Positions 10,188 to 21,088 of a DNA stretch of 64,000 bases are shown here, in pieces. The translations under genes were made by a program, and so were the position numbers. The notes under the pieces are model-generated. The model ran no database searches and had not been told where the DNA came from. It worked only from the letters and a program-made list of their open reading frames with translations. The stretch lies in IMG/VR virus record IMGVR_UViG_3300017757_000001; one strand, 5' to 3'. The DNA is from a virus. Position 1 is the stretch's first letter, and every line of letters begins with the position of its first letter.

Positions 10188-10853
10188 TTAAACTGCTGTT
10201 TTTGTTATCATAATTGGTACTTGTAATCTAGCTCCACTATCTCTTCCTACAATTGTTAATGTACCATATAATGTAGTTTGTGTACCAAATAATGTATTTA
10301 CTCCTGTAGCTTGTAATGACAATGTAGTCCCAATTACTGTTTTAGAAACATTAGTTCCCATTGTTTGAGTTGAATTCATTGCTTGTGCTTGCGGAGTATC
10401 TATTCCAGTACCTACAAATCCATTTTCAGACATTAATCTTACATCTGATATTGTAAATGAATAACCTGATGATTCATTACTTGTTGTATTACCTAAATAA
10501 TTTAATGTTGAAGGTGTAATTCCATCTTCATCTAATTGAGGCATCGATATATTAGTTCTAGCTATAGAAATTATAGGCATTTTAGCTGTTCCTCTAGGTA
10601 AAGTAGCTAATTTATATTTCATTACTTGAGTTTCATTAGGAAATGCTTCCATAAGAGGCATATTTTCAATAGCTTCTCCATAGTAAGCAGAGCCAGAGGG
10701 GTGAGTTGGATTATAAAGAGTATAATCTATTTCATCATCTGCTAAAGCAAATTGTGTTATTTTAAAAGAACCATCTCCTTTAGCTAGTAATTCCCTTCCT
10801 TTATTTGTCAAGATAGCATCTACTGTTATTACTTGATTATTTAAATATCCCAT
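10188..10853 (-). CDS. Virion structural protein (tail-collar-like N-terminus)
   Basis: AILTNKGRELLA...ITQFALADDEIDY. Confidence 0.65.
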   Translation of the reverse strand: MGYLNNQVITVDAILTNKGRELLAKGDGSFKITQFALADDEIDYTLYNPTHPSGSAYYGEAIENMPLMEAFPNETQVMKYKLATLPRGTAKMPIISIARTNISMPQLDEDGITPSTLNYLGNTTSNESSGYSFTISDVRLMSENGFVGTGIDTPQAQAMNSTQTMGTNVSKTVIGTTLSLQATGVNTLFGTQTTLYGTLTIVGRDSGARLQVPIMITKTAV

Positions 10854-10872
10854 TATGTTAGTGTATTTTAGT

Positions 10873-10906
10873 TATAAATATATGTATTTTTAATTTTCAC
10901 TCCAAA
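10873..10906 (-). promoter_or_regulatory. Composite promoter (TTTGG-N17 plus ATATTTATA motif)
   Basis: TTTGG-N17-CATATATTTATA in the intergenic gap. Confidence 0.55.
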
Positions 10907-10924
10907 TTATATTTTTCTTTTTTT

Positions 10925-13900
10925 TTATTTTGAAGGTTTTATATTATCATTCGTAAAGTTTCTTTTAGATTTTAATTGTTTTATTAAAGTCTGTGTGTTT
11001 TTTAATTGTTGTGGTGATAAATCATCTGGTATTAAATATCCATCACCTGTTGGAGTATTTATTCCATATGAACCTGATGGTTGTTTAATATCTACAACTA
11101 CTCTATCATCTGCCTCTACTCTTTTTCTAATAGTAGCAGCAAATATTTGACCTAATGATCCTGATTTATTTGCATTTATTGGTAATTTCAATGTTCTTGG
11201 ATCTGGATGTACTATAAATCTATTTGATTGAAGTCCAGCATCAGCTGGGATTGCACCATAAACAGATGTAGCATATGAAGCAGTATTTAGAAATGATTTC
11301 CAACCAGGTGTAGTACCACCTGATGAGAAATCGTTTGTTGGTGGCCATAAAGATGATGATAAACTATAATTTCCTATAAATTGATTTTGGTAAAATACCA
11401 TATGAGTTGGATCAGTTGCTGAGTAACTAGGTAATAGACTCATTGAAATTTGTACTGCAATACTTCCAGATGAATTATATACACCACTAAAATAAGGGGA
11501 TGTAGGATCAGTTGATTCTAAAATTCTAACATCCATTATAGAACCACTACCTGTTCCTGGCTGACCATCTAAAAAATAATTACCAGATAATCCTGTTCTC
11601 ATAAAAACTTGACCATTAGTAGTACGTTTAGCATGAAAATTATTTGCTGTATAATTACCTACACCTGACATATCTCCTCTACTTTCAGTAGCCATCATTT
11701 GAAGTCTTTTATATAATTCTTCAGCTGAATATATACCTTCTTGGGGCAAAGCTGAACATGTAAACCATTGTGTTTCACCTTGTGAAACCCAATCTGATGT
11801 TGGAACTGCTTCAGTCCATATTGCTGGGGTTGGTTTAAAAATATCTACAACTGTAAAATCTTGATCAATAGTATTAACTTGTTTTGGAGCAGATCCTGTT
11901 GGAGAATATCGATATGTTACTCTAATTTCATCACCTACATCAACTGAAAGTGGTATATTAAAATCTTCGTAAGCTCCGACTTGAGATTCTGAGTAATTAT
12001 ATGAAAATAATTGTTTGGGATCATTAGGATTTTTTAAATTAGGCATTTGTTGATAAAATGCACTATAAGCACTACCTGTATTAAAATAATGAATATCTGT
12101 AGTATTATTAACATTACCAAATTTAATTGTTGGAGTTGAAAAATTTGCTTGAGAAAAAGCTCCTACAGCCCAACCTAGCAAGGCATCATAAGGGTAATTA
12201 TAACCATTAGGGCTTTGTAAATATCCATATGATGCATTACTACCAGTTCCTTCAGACACAAAACCCCCGGATTGTACAAGATTATTAATGTCATTCATTC
12301 CTTGTAAATTAGGACCAACCCAATCATATAATGATGATACATCTTCAAATGCGATAGCAGGACCTTTTAATTCTAATATTCCTAAATCTTCTCCAGAAGC
12401 TGGTTCTTGTAAGAAAGATTGGTTAACTACAATTATAATTTCACCTGTTCCTCCTGGGGATGAAAATGCTGAATTTAATGTTGCTTCGTTAAATGTAATT
12501 GTATCACCTATTTTATATCCTTTACCTAATAAATCTGGGGTATCTATAATATTACCTGAAGAATAATTACTAATTTGTCTAATAAATCCAGCTCCACCAC
12601 CTTGTATTGAAAATTTAAATTTACCTCCAATTCCTGCTCCTGATGTTGAAGAAGGAAGTACAGCAATAGGACTTGTACCAGGTGCACCACCATTATATCC
12701 TGTTGTATTATTTTTAATAACTATATCAGTAGCACCTGTATATATCATTTGACTCCATCCAGCTTTAAATGAATTAGGACAATATTTATAATCTCTTACT
12801 TCAAATAATGCATTATGTTGATTTTGACTACCAATGAACTTTCTTAAACCTTGACGTTCGTCTGGTTGAGCACCACTAATATCATCTATTCTTCCTCCAA
12901 AAATATTTAAACTTTCAGATGCTTCACTTTGATAATTTTTCACTTCAGGAGTATTTCCAAATCCTGTATACCATATAGGGATTGAAAAAGATTGGGTTAC
13001 ACATAATGTTGATGGTGTAATTTGATTTGTAAATTCTGTTTGAAATTCTGTTGCTCCTGCTATAATTTCATTAGATCCTACATTTAAAGCTGTATAATTA
13101 ACAGTTACTTTTGATTCTGAATTTGATAAATCCCAATCAGCAACATCATAAAGAATTGAAGAATTATTATAAACAACACCAACTTTTCTAGTTTCCCAAA
13201 AAGTTGAGGATACATCTAATAAATTTTCATTATTACCATTTAACTGAATGATTTCAGCAGTTGGATTTCTCAATTTTGTTATTGATGATGTTGGAACTGT
13301 TATTAATGAATCTATAGCAAATGTAGTAGATCCAAAATATTGATCTGATTGGTGAGATGTTTTAAAATGAGCAAAATAAATAGGACGATAATCAATTACT
13401 GCTGTTTTACCAAACGATTTATCACCTTCATAACTTCCAGTATTTCCTGACTGAAATTTTATTTTATTTTTCTTTAGTAATTTATTGGATAAAAGTGGGC
13501 TTTTTACTCCTCTAGCATATTTAGCAGGCATTCTAGTTTTTCCTTGAAAACTTGCTGATGGTATCCCTGTATAAAAATTATAATCTACACTATATAATTC
13601 ACATCCATTATATCTTGGATCAATTACTCTTCTAGAAGTATAATTACTATCTGGTACTGCTGCTTTAATTGCTGTATTATCTATAATTTCTACTATGTTA
13701 ACTGGAACTGTTGGTGAAAATGAAAATAAATTAGATGTTTGAATTATACCTGGGTTATTAGTTATACCACCTGTACCTGAAGATACTGATGATGCATTTA
13801 ATTGTGCTTGTGTAAATGTAATTGCTTGACCTGCATAATAATTTTCAGATGCTCCATTATTAGTTGATACCCTTATTGCTTCTACAGATTGGAATGTTCC

Positions 13901-15187
13901 TCCTGCTCCAATTGTTATATCAAATCTACCTCCTGTTCCTATAACACCACCATTAGATGTAACTGTTCCTTCTACATTAGTAAGTACTCCTACATCATAA
14001 CCATTAATTAATCCATTAGGAAGTATTCCATTTGCCCCCACTAAACTTGATGATGGTTTTAATTTGTTAGTAGTTGTACCCCCATCAGCTTGGTTATAAT
14101 CAACATCCATTAAAAATGAACTAGGTCTACCAATTATTGCATTATTTTGTAAAACATCAGCATCACTATATCTAAATGGATTTGAAGTACAAGCTTCTAT
14201 TCCACCTAATGCTCCTCCAGCTTGTTGTGCTAAAGTTTGAGCATTTTGGGATGCTGAATTTTCAAATGCAATTTGTCCTGCTGTTGTATTAAATTTTGGT
14301 GCTATTGAGGTTGAAGGATATGTTAGTGAAAATGTAACATCTTTAATTTCATACATTCTATCTCCAGTTTCAGCGCTTGATTGATACGCTGCTCTAACAG
14401 CAGGCCAATAAGCTGATTGTGAATTAAAATCTGAAGGTTCAAATGTTCCTGATATATGAAAACTTGTCCACATTGCATAAAAAACAGGAACATTTCCAGT
14501 TCCTGAAGATGTTGGACCATCAGATTGAGAAATACCCCAAGAAAACTTTCCCATTTTAGGATCTGTTGATACACCATAAGAAGCAGCATAATGTTCTATC
14601 CAGCTATTTACTACTGATAAATTTGGTTTATTAACTGTTACTAACCCAAAATTCACCGACCAAGGATTTGAATTAGGTCCCATAATTCTATGAGAGCCAG
14701 ATAATTCAAATGTTATTGGAACGTTTGGTGTTCTACCAAAAGTATAAGCACGATTTGAACCAAGGTTTGCCGGGGAGTGAGATTTAAATTCATCAAGTCC
14801 ATTAGATGGAGGAGCTACAGAAGTGTCAGTTAAACTTAAAGTATGCCAAGTATTATTACCAATATTGGTAGTCTTTTCTAAAGTATGAGTTTTTACAGCT
14901 GTTCCATTATTATATGTAAAATTATAATTATCAACTGCTGTTAATTCTACTATTTTATTTGTTGCTCCTGAACCTGGTGATTCATATACATTAACATAAA
15001 AATAATTTTTACCATTTTCATTTCTTGTTTCATAACCAGAAACATAGAATTCTGCAGTAGCTCCCCCTGAACTTAAAAATTCTAAGGGAACTTGTTGTTG
15101 AAGAGCTTGTACTAGTATCGATTCCTCAAATTCAACCCCATTATTATCTCTAGTTGCTATTCTTAATGTTTGTATATTATTTGCCAT
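10925..15187 (-). CDS. Large virion structural protein (tail fibre/baseplate-associated)
   Basis: 1420 aa, G/S/T/N-rich beta-type composition, inside baseplate module. Confidence 0.6.
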   Translation of the reverse strand: MANNIQTLRIATRDNNGVEFEESILVQALQQQVPLEFLSSGGATAEFYVSGYETRNENGKNYFYVNVYESPGSGATNKIVELTAVDNYNFTYNNGTAVKTHTLEKTTNIGNNTWHTLSLTDTSVAPPSNGLDEFKSHSPANLGSNRAYTFGRTPNVPITFELSGSHRIMGPNSNPWSVNFGLVTVNKPNLSVVNSWIEHYAASYGVSTDPKMGKFSWGISQSDGPTSSGTGNVPVFYAMWTSFHISGTFEPSDFNSQSAYWPAVRAAYQSSAETGDRMYEIKDVTFSLTYPSTSIAPKFNTTAGQIAFENSASQNAQTLAQQAGGALGGIEACTSNPFRYSDADVLQNNAIIGRPSSFLMDVDYNQADGGTTTNKLKPSSSLVGANGILPNGLINGYDVGVLTNVEGTVTSNGGVIGTGGRFDITIGAGGTFQSVEAIRVSTNNGASENYYAGQAITFTQAQLNASSVSSGTGGITNNPGIIQTSNLFSFSPTVPVNIVEIIDNTAIKAAVPDSNYTSRRVIDPRYNGCELYSVDYNFYTGIPSASFQGKTRMPAKYARGVKSPLLSNKLLKKNKIKFQSGNTGSYEGDKSFGKTAVIDYRPIYFAHFKTSHQSDQYFGSTTFAIDSLITVPTSSITKLRNPTAEIIQLNGNNENLLDVSSTFWETRKVGVVYNNSSILYDVADWDLSNSESKVTVNYTALNVGSNEIIAGATEFQTEFTNQITPSTLCVTQSFSIPIWYTGFGNTPEVKNYQSEASESLNIFGGRIDDISGAQPDERQGLRKFIGSQNQHNALFEVRDYKYCPNSFKAGWSQMIYTGATDIVIKNNTTGYNGGAPGTSPIAVLPSSTSGAGIGGKFKFSIQGGGAGFIRQISNYSSGNIIDTPDLLGKGYKIGDTITFNEATLNSAFSSPGGTGEIIIVVNQSFLQEPASGEDLGILELKGPAIAFEDVSSLYDWVGPNLQGMNDINNLVQSGGFVSEGTGSNASYGYLQSPNGYNYPYDALLGWAVGAFSQANFSTPTIKFGNVNNTTDIHYFNTGSAYSAFYQQMPNLKNPNDPKQLFSYNYSESQVGAYEDFNIPLSVDVGDEIRVTYRYSPTGSAPKQVNTIDQDFTVVDIFKPTPAIWTEAVPTSDWVSQGETQWFTCSALPQEGIYSAEELYKRLQMMATESRGDMSGVGNYTANNFHAKRTTNGQVFMRTGLSGNYFLDGQPGTGSGSIMDVRILESTDPTSPYFSGVYNSSGSIAVQISMSLLPSYSATDPTHMVFYQNQFIGNYSLSSSLWPPTNDFSSGGTTPGWKSFLNTASYATSVYGAIPADAGLQSNRFIVHPDPRTLKLPINANKSGSLGQIFAATIRKRVEADDRVVVDIKQPSGSYGINTPTGDGYLIPDDLSPQQLKNTQTLIKQLKSKRNFTNDNIKPSK

Positions 15188-15211
15188 TTATATTTAAATT
15201 ATTCATTTTCA

Positions 15212-18200
15212 TTAAAACCCTACAAAAGGATATGGTTGATTTTTTGCTACTTTTTGAAGTCCTCCTTGATCTACTCCTGAAAAGAATTGAATTTCTCCAG
15301 TATCTGGATTGGAATACCCCATATTTAATACATTTACATCTGAATAACTACCTGATGCAAAATATAAACTATAATCATATAAATTTCCCCCAAATTGAAG
15401 AAAACAATTATCAAATAAAGATTGTGTTGTTGCTGGAATTGAACTACCACTAAATTCTCCATCATAAAATTCATGGGAATTTATTGCTATAAATTTTACA
15501 TCCCCTGCTATGGTAGATTGAGTAAATGGATAAGTTTGTGCAAAATCACTATCTGTTCTATTTACATATCCTTCTTGATAAAAGAAAGCTCTTGCTTTTA
15601 CATCAACACTCATACCTGCAAAAGGTTTAACAAATATTTTAAAATTAGTAATTTGTCCTACCTCAACAGCTTCTGGTGTTATAAAACTGGTTGTAAATTG
15701 ATTAGCGAATATTCCACTTTCAGGAGACATTTCATTTGTTGGAGTAAAACTAATATCTTGATAAGTTGTAGTAAAATCATCTTGAGATGATGACCATCTT
15801 ACATCAACAAAATCAATATCATCATCCTGCTGCACATATAAATCTAATCTAACTCTAGCTTTTACTGATCCTGAATTTACATTATTTAATAATTCATATG
15901 AAGGATTACCTGTACCAGTAGATGTAACATTATTGAACCACATAGATCCAAAATTAGAAAATGATGAACCAGATACTGTTCTAAAACCAGAACCAAATTG
16001 TAAAGGATTATAAACATTATCAGTAAGTGTATCTGTATAATCACCTCCAAAATCCAAAAAGTATTGAACTTCATTAAATACATTAAGTGATCCTCCTGTA
16101 CTACCTGTTATATTAACTATTTGTGGAAGTATTACTCTTGGTACAGAATTAGGATTATTTGGATTAGGATTATAAGCAAATCCATTATTAGGTATACTTT
16201 GAGATAATGCAATATCTATATAATCTATAGGACTATTCCAACTTTCTGAAGGTGATACTACTCCATGAGGTGTTGAACCTGTTTCTGGAGTAACTGCTAA
16301 TTGTGTATGTGAATTAATTGAAGCTGGTACTACCCTACTACGTTCTAATAAATGTTGTTTTATTACTATTCCTGTTGTAATACTTGAACGTGCAGGAACA
16401 TAATTTTTAATTGCTTTAAATAATGAATTATCAAAGTATTTTATTAATCTAAGATAATCATATGGATTTCCTTGAGTATATTTTTCAAAATATATATTAG
16501 CTGTTCGTCTTAATGCTGGATAGTAATCTGGTGCATTTATTCCATAATATAAATTTCTTGGATCTGCTATTGCGTCAGCTATAACTCCAAATCCATATGT
16601 TTGTATAATATCATCATCTACTTCATCTTGAGGTGAAAATGCTACTTCTATTCTATTAATATCTTCAGTATAGCTTCTACTTATTTGATAATCTTGCTGT
16701 ATACTAGTTTCTCTCATTAAAACATTACCATAATATTCTCCATCATCAATTTGGATCTTATTAGTAATTCTATTTCTTACCCCCATTGCAGGTTGATCTA
16801 ATAAATAAGTTTCAACATTAGTTTCACTAAATGTTCTTTTTGAATTATTACCATAATATACTACATAATAATCACTGGATGTATTATTTGTAGATGTACC
16901 ACTACTACCTGATACAAATGATGATGTTGTTAAAAATGCTGCTTCAGGAGCTACAGCAGGGTGTACTGATGTTAAAGGTTCTACATATGAAGTACTTATT
17001 GATGAAGTAAAGAAATGTTCTAATTCATTACCTAATGGTGCTCTAAAATTAACCATTCCAAATGAACTATGGGATCCTGTTATTTCTGTTCCTTCAATTG
17101 ATTCAGGATTCATTGTAAAGTCATGGAATCTTGGTTCATTTAAAGTGAATGGTGAAACTTCTGTCCCCAACCCAAAACGATAATATCTTAATTCTTGAAG
17201 TGATCCTGAAAATATTTTTCCTGGGGCTGTAAATGTTTTAGAACCTGAAACTGCTGAAGGATTTCCTATACGAGTTCCATTTTGAAGTCCTCCTATATAT
17301 AAACCAGAAGCTGAACCTGATTCATTCCATCCCATATCCCATGCAGGCATATAATAATTTAAATTTCCTGGATATGATGCACTTGTAACTAATACAGTTG
17401 AACCTGTAAATCCTACTGCATTTCCATCAAATCCATCATATATTTTATTAGCTGCAGCTAATGTATAATAAAATTTACCACCCGCCATAGTACCTTCAAG
17501 TTTAAACTTTACAGGTGATGTAATTGTTGTCCCCTCATTTGACCCCAATCCATCTAAAATATTTAATATATTTGAACTAATTGTTACAGGTGGTTGTATT
17601 GGGGTTTGGTTTGTAAGTAAAACTACGACTACAACTGGGGTTCCATATGCTTGTAATTTTAATGGACCTCCTCCAATTGCAGCTGCTGAATTAATAGCTG
17701 CTGCAAGATTATTATGTTTAGTTAATCTGGAAGTCATATCACTAAGCCAAACATATTGATTTGTTGTGCCAGATATTAAATCTCCATTTGTTAATCCTGA
17801 AGCTGTGTCTGTTGCACAAATGTATGCTACATTTCCTTGATCATCTTCTATTTTAATAGCTTCTGATGTACCTGGAGCTAATAATCCATACCCTGCAGAA
17901 TTACTAAAAATAAATTGAAGTGAAGGAGTATTATAATCATCTTTTGGACGTGTATGTCCATTTTCTGGGTTATAATATGTTCTTTGTAAGATAACACTCC
18001 ACCAACCTTCATCAAAATATGGTAAATAAATTGGATCTGATTCTACTACTTCATAACCTGAATCTGATCCTGTTCCAAGTGAAGATGAAACAGCAAATGT
18101 TAATTCAGCCCAAAGTCTATAATCACTATCTGATGATCCAGAATATGATCCTGATGTTGAACCTGTATAATTTAAATTAATTGAAAAATCAGTTAATCCA

Positions 18201-20689
18201 GAATAGGGAGAATTTAATACTCCTCCTGTTTCTAATTCTCCTGCATCATGAATTTTAGCTACTAGTGATTGAGAATAAAATTCTCCAGCTTGAGATGATG
18301 AAGGATATCCTGTTGTTTTAAATCTAAAAGCTAATCCATTTGGACATCCCCACTGATCAAAATTATTTGTTTTATCTAAAACATTTGATTGCAGTTGAGT
18401 CCATGGAACTACTATAGATGAACTAGCTACATTTTGATTAGCTATAGGTTTATAAGCATAACTATATCTTTTATACCACAAATCATAATCATCTGAATTA
18501 TCTTTATTTTTTCCACCAAATTCATTTATTCTTAATATAGTACTAGGTATACCCCATATATTAATTAATTCTCTTAATCCTGCTATTGTACCTTTTTTCT
18601 TAACTAAATAAGACATATTATGGAATAATCTTTTGAAGATTTCCTTACTTACTCTATCTATAGCATAAGGCCAACCTGGGGATTCTATAGACTCTACATA
18701 ATCATCCCATGAATAATCATCTTGCCAATAATTAATAATTTCTCCTTTATTAATAGCAATATAATTAGTAATTAATTCACTACCTGTTGGAGGAACATAT
18801 ACCCCATTATCTTCTCCTGTTAATCCAATAAAATTATCTTGGTCATTGTAATTATTTCCAAAACCATCATATCCTAAAGCAGCTATAGCATCATCTGCTA
18901 ACTGTAGAGGAATTCCTTGATCTAATTGATTTGTAGTATTGTATCTTTCAGATAATGCTTTTGTATATAACCATAATTCATCAAAATGCTGACCTGTCAT
19001 ATTAACAAAATCTAAATAATTTTCATTTTGTTGGTTATCTCTTATGAATTCAGGTACAGTATAATATAACCAGTTTGGATTACTTTCATCAAAGAAAGAA
19101 GCTGATAAATAAACTCCACCATAAACTGAACTTGTATTTTCAGTACTTCCTAACCATTCAGAAGCTGATACACTATTAGTTGGATATAAATCATAAGGGT
19201 AAGAATATGATGATGAATTTATTCCTATTTTAGGATAAGAAAGTGATGATGTATTATAATATAAAAAATATTCATATCCATCAAAGTTTGTTATTATATT
19301 TTCTACTTTATTATCTAATGTAGATATACTTTGTGAATTTAATGTTTGATTTGGTATTACAGCAGCATAACCGCTACCTGCAGTGGTAGCATTTATTGAA
19401 GTAACAGTATTACCAGATACAATTATAGACAAAAAAGCACCTGATCCTTGTCCTGTATTTGAAGGACTTATTCCAATATAACTTCCATTAGTTGCCGTTG
19501 AAGTTTGTTGGGTTATTGAATTTGCTAAATTACCAAATGTTCCTGCACCCCCAGTATTTTGAGCATATATTAAACCTCCATTTGCGTTATGATTATCTAT
19601 ATCACTTTGTTGTAAAGTAATTATAACATCATTATCTCCACCAATTATATTTTTTGAAATTGTTAATTTATCTCCAGTTACACCTGATAAAGTTTTAATA
19701 TCTGATTGGTATGATAATATTGTTGTCAACTTTTCTGCAAAATTTCTAACTCGTGCTTGGGCAGATGAGAAATTTACAAACTCCCCAAAATTATTATAAG
19801 AATAATCGGGTTGTAAATAAACTCCTTTTCTATTTAAAACAGCTTGAAGTTGAAATTCAGATGCAGTTGATGGAGAAGTAATTAAATCATTTTTAGATTT
19901 TAATTCTGTTGAATTATTTATATAATTACTTAATTTTACATTAGTATTTGGACCCTGTATATAATCAACATCATCTAAAATAATATCATCAATAACAAAA
20001 TTTACTTTATATGCTTGAGACTCAGCTACTTTTGTTGCAACATAAAGTGTATCCTTTAAAGAATATTGAGATGGTAACCCATCATATAATTTAATTAAAA
20101 CTGAATATTGTTCTTCTGATGTATCTAAATCACAATTAACACATATATGATATTCATTTTGCCCAAATGTAATATAAAATTCATCAAAATACTCTGAATT
20201 GTCTAAAGTACTTCTAAGAATATCATAAGATTGTTGTAATTCTTGATTAGAAATAAAATTAGATTTTAACCTTAACTCAGATCTGTCTGATGATATTTCT
20301 GATATATAAAATAATTTATTATATGAACTATTTAATTCTAAATTAATAAAATTATATAAAGCATATATTGTATTGTTTTGGTATCCTGCTTTATAAACAT
20401 CTTGTACAGGAGTAATAGTTAATTGATTAGTACTTGTTAATGTAGAATTGTCTGTATTAACATTATCATTTATACCCCATTCATTAAATTCATAATTAGA
20501 GGTTAATACATTATAATTTTCATCATAAACATAAAATTCAACTGTATTTATTCCAGGTTCAAAAGAAGATGAGAAATCAAAACTTGGGATTATGTTTTGA
20601 TCTGATAACTCAAACCCTTCACCATATAATAACTGTGGAGTTACTTGTTGTACAGATGAAGATATAATATTTTTATTATCAAACTGCAT
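15212..20689 (-). CDS. Large baseplate wedge protein (P2 gpI/T4 gp7-like core) with lectin-like inserts
   Basis: VPEFIR...FVNMTGQHFD and KKGTIAGLRELINIWGIP motifs; FSGSLQELRYY LamG-like motif. Confidence 0.65.
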   Translation of the reverse strand: MQFDNKNIISSSVQQVTPQLLYGEGFELSDQNIIPSFDFSSSFEPGINTVEFYVYDENYNVLTSNYEFNEWGINDNVNTDNSTLTSTNQLTITPVQDVYKAGYQNNTIYALYNFINLELNSSYNKLFYISEISSDRSELRLKSNFISNQELQQSYDILRSTLDNSEYFDEFYITFGQNEYHICVNCDLDTSEEQYSVLIKLYDGLPSQYSLKDTLYVATKVAESQAYKVNFVIDDIILDDVDYIQGPNTNVKLSNYINNSTELKSKNDLITSPSTASEFQLQAVLNRKGVYLQPDYSYNNFGEFVNFSSAQARVRNFAEKLTTILSYQSDIKTLSGVTGDKLTISKNIIGGDNDVIITLQQSDIDNHNANGGLIYAQNTGGAGTFGNLANSITQQTSTATNGSYIGISPSNTGQGSGAFLSIIVSGNTVTSINATTAGSGYAAVIPNQTLNSQSISTLDNKVENIITNFDGYEYFLYYNTSSLSYPKIGINSSSYSYPYDLYPTNSVSASEWLGSTENTSSVYGGVYLSASFFDESNPNWLYYTVPEFIRDNQQNENYLDFVNMTGQHFDELWLYTKALSERYNTTNQLDQGIPLQLADDAIAALGYDGFGNNYNDQDNFIGLTGEDNGVYVPPTGSELITNYIAINKGEIINYWQDDYSWDDYVESIESPGWPYAIDRVSKEIFKRLFHNMSYLVKKKGTIAGLRELINIWGIPSTILRINEFGGKNKDNSDDYDLWYKRYSYAYKPIANQNVASSSIVVPWTQLQSNVLDKTNNFDQWGCPNGLAFRFKTTGYPSSSQAGEFYSQSLVAKIHDAGELETGGVLNSPYSGLTDFSINLNYTGSTSGSYSGSSDSDYRLWAELTFAVSSSLGTGSDSGYEVVESDPIYLPYFDEGWWSVILQRTYYNPENGHTRPKDDYNTPSLQFIFSNSAGYGLLAPGTSEAIKIEDDQGNVAYICATDTASGLTNGDLISGTTNQYVWLSDMTSRLTKHNNLAAAINSAAAIGGGPLKLQAYGTPVVVVVLLTNQTPIQPPVTISSNILNILDGLGSNEGTTITSPVKFKLEGTMAGGKFYYTLAAANKIYDGFDGNAVGFTGSTVLVTSASYPGNLNYYMPAWDMGWNESGSASGLYIGGLQNGTRIGNPSAVSGSKTFTAPGKIFSGSLQELRYYRFGLGTEVSPFTLNEPRFHDFTMNPESIEGTEITGSHSSFGMVNFRAPLGNELEHFFTSSISTSYVEPLTSVHPAVAPEAAFLTTSSFVSGSSGTSTNNTSSDYYVVYYGNNSKRTFSETNVETYLLDQPAMGVRNRITNKIQIDDGEYYGNVLMRETSIQQDYQISRSYTEDINRIEVAFSPQDEVDDDIIQTYGFGVIADAIADPRNLYYGINAPDYYPALRRTANIYFEKYTQGNPYDYLRLIKYFDNSLFKAIKNYVPARSSITTGIVIKQHLLERSRVVPASINSHTQLAVTPETGSTPHGVVSPSESWNSPIDYIDIALSQSIPNNGFAYNPNPNNPNSVPRVILPQIVNITGSTGGSLNVFNEVQYFLDFGGDYTDTLTDNVYNPLQFGSGFRTVSGSSFSNFGSMWFNNVTSTGTGNPSYELLNNVNSGSVKARVRLDLYVQQDDDIDFVDVRWSSSQDDFTTTYQDISFTPTNEMSPESGIFANQFTTSFITPEAVEVGQITNFKIFVKPFAGMSVDVKARAFFYQEGYVNRTDSDFAQTYPFTQSTIAGDVKFIAINSHEFYDGEFSGSSIPATTQSLFDNCFLQFGGNLYDYSLYFASGSYSDVNVLNMGYSNPDTGEIQFFSGVDQGGLQKVAKNQPYPFVGF

Positions 20690-20690
20690 A

Positions 20691-21086
20691 TTAAGAATTA
20701 TTTGCTATTTCTCTTTGTACTTGTACTTGTGCTTCTCTAATTTCTCTAGAGTTTGTCATTATATTTGCCATATCTGTTCTCAATGTTAAATTTTCTTCTC
20801 TTAATTCAGCAATTTCATCAAGTAAAGCTTGTACTTCAATATTATTTGCTAAAAAATCTACATATTCACCACTTTCAGCAGCTAAAAATTGGTGAGAATT
20901 AACATCACCTTGTTTAGGAATTTCATAAAATAACTTGTTGTATAAATTAAAAAAATCTTCTACAGTAGCCAAATTTAGATCAAAAAATTGTAAATCAGAT
21001 TTATCTAATAATTGATTAAATCCTGTGTCTACAGTTTCATTAAATTTATTTTTATCAAATACTTGTCTATTTAAAATTATATTCAT
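20691..21086 (-). CDS. Hypothetical virion protein with coiled coil
   Basis: Position in structural operon; LLDEIAELREENLTL. Confidence 0.55.
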   Translation of the reverse strand: MNIILNRQVFDKNKFNETVDTGFNQLLDKSDLQFFDLNLATVEDFFNLYNKLFYEIPKQGDVNSHQFLAAESGEYVDFLANNIEVQALLDEIAELREENLTLRTDMANIMTNSREIREAQVQVQREIANNS

Positions 21087-21088
21087 AA

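Noticed and set aside
14323-16083. Short minus-strand ORFs 14323-14589 and 15886-16083
   Set aside because: Out-of-frame ORFs nested in large structural genes, with no supporting signals
10925-20689. Inteins or introns in the very large structural genes
   Set aside because: No C/S...HN-C/S/T splice motifs or LAGLIDADG blocks noticed; frames are uninterrupted
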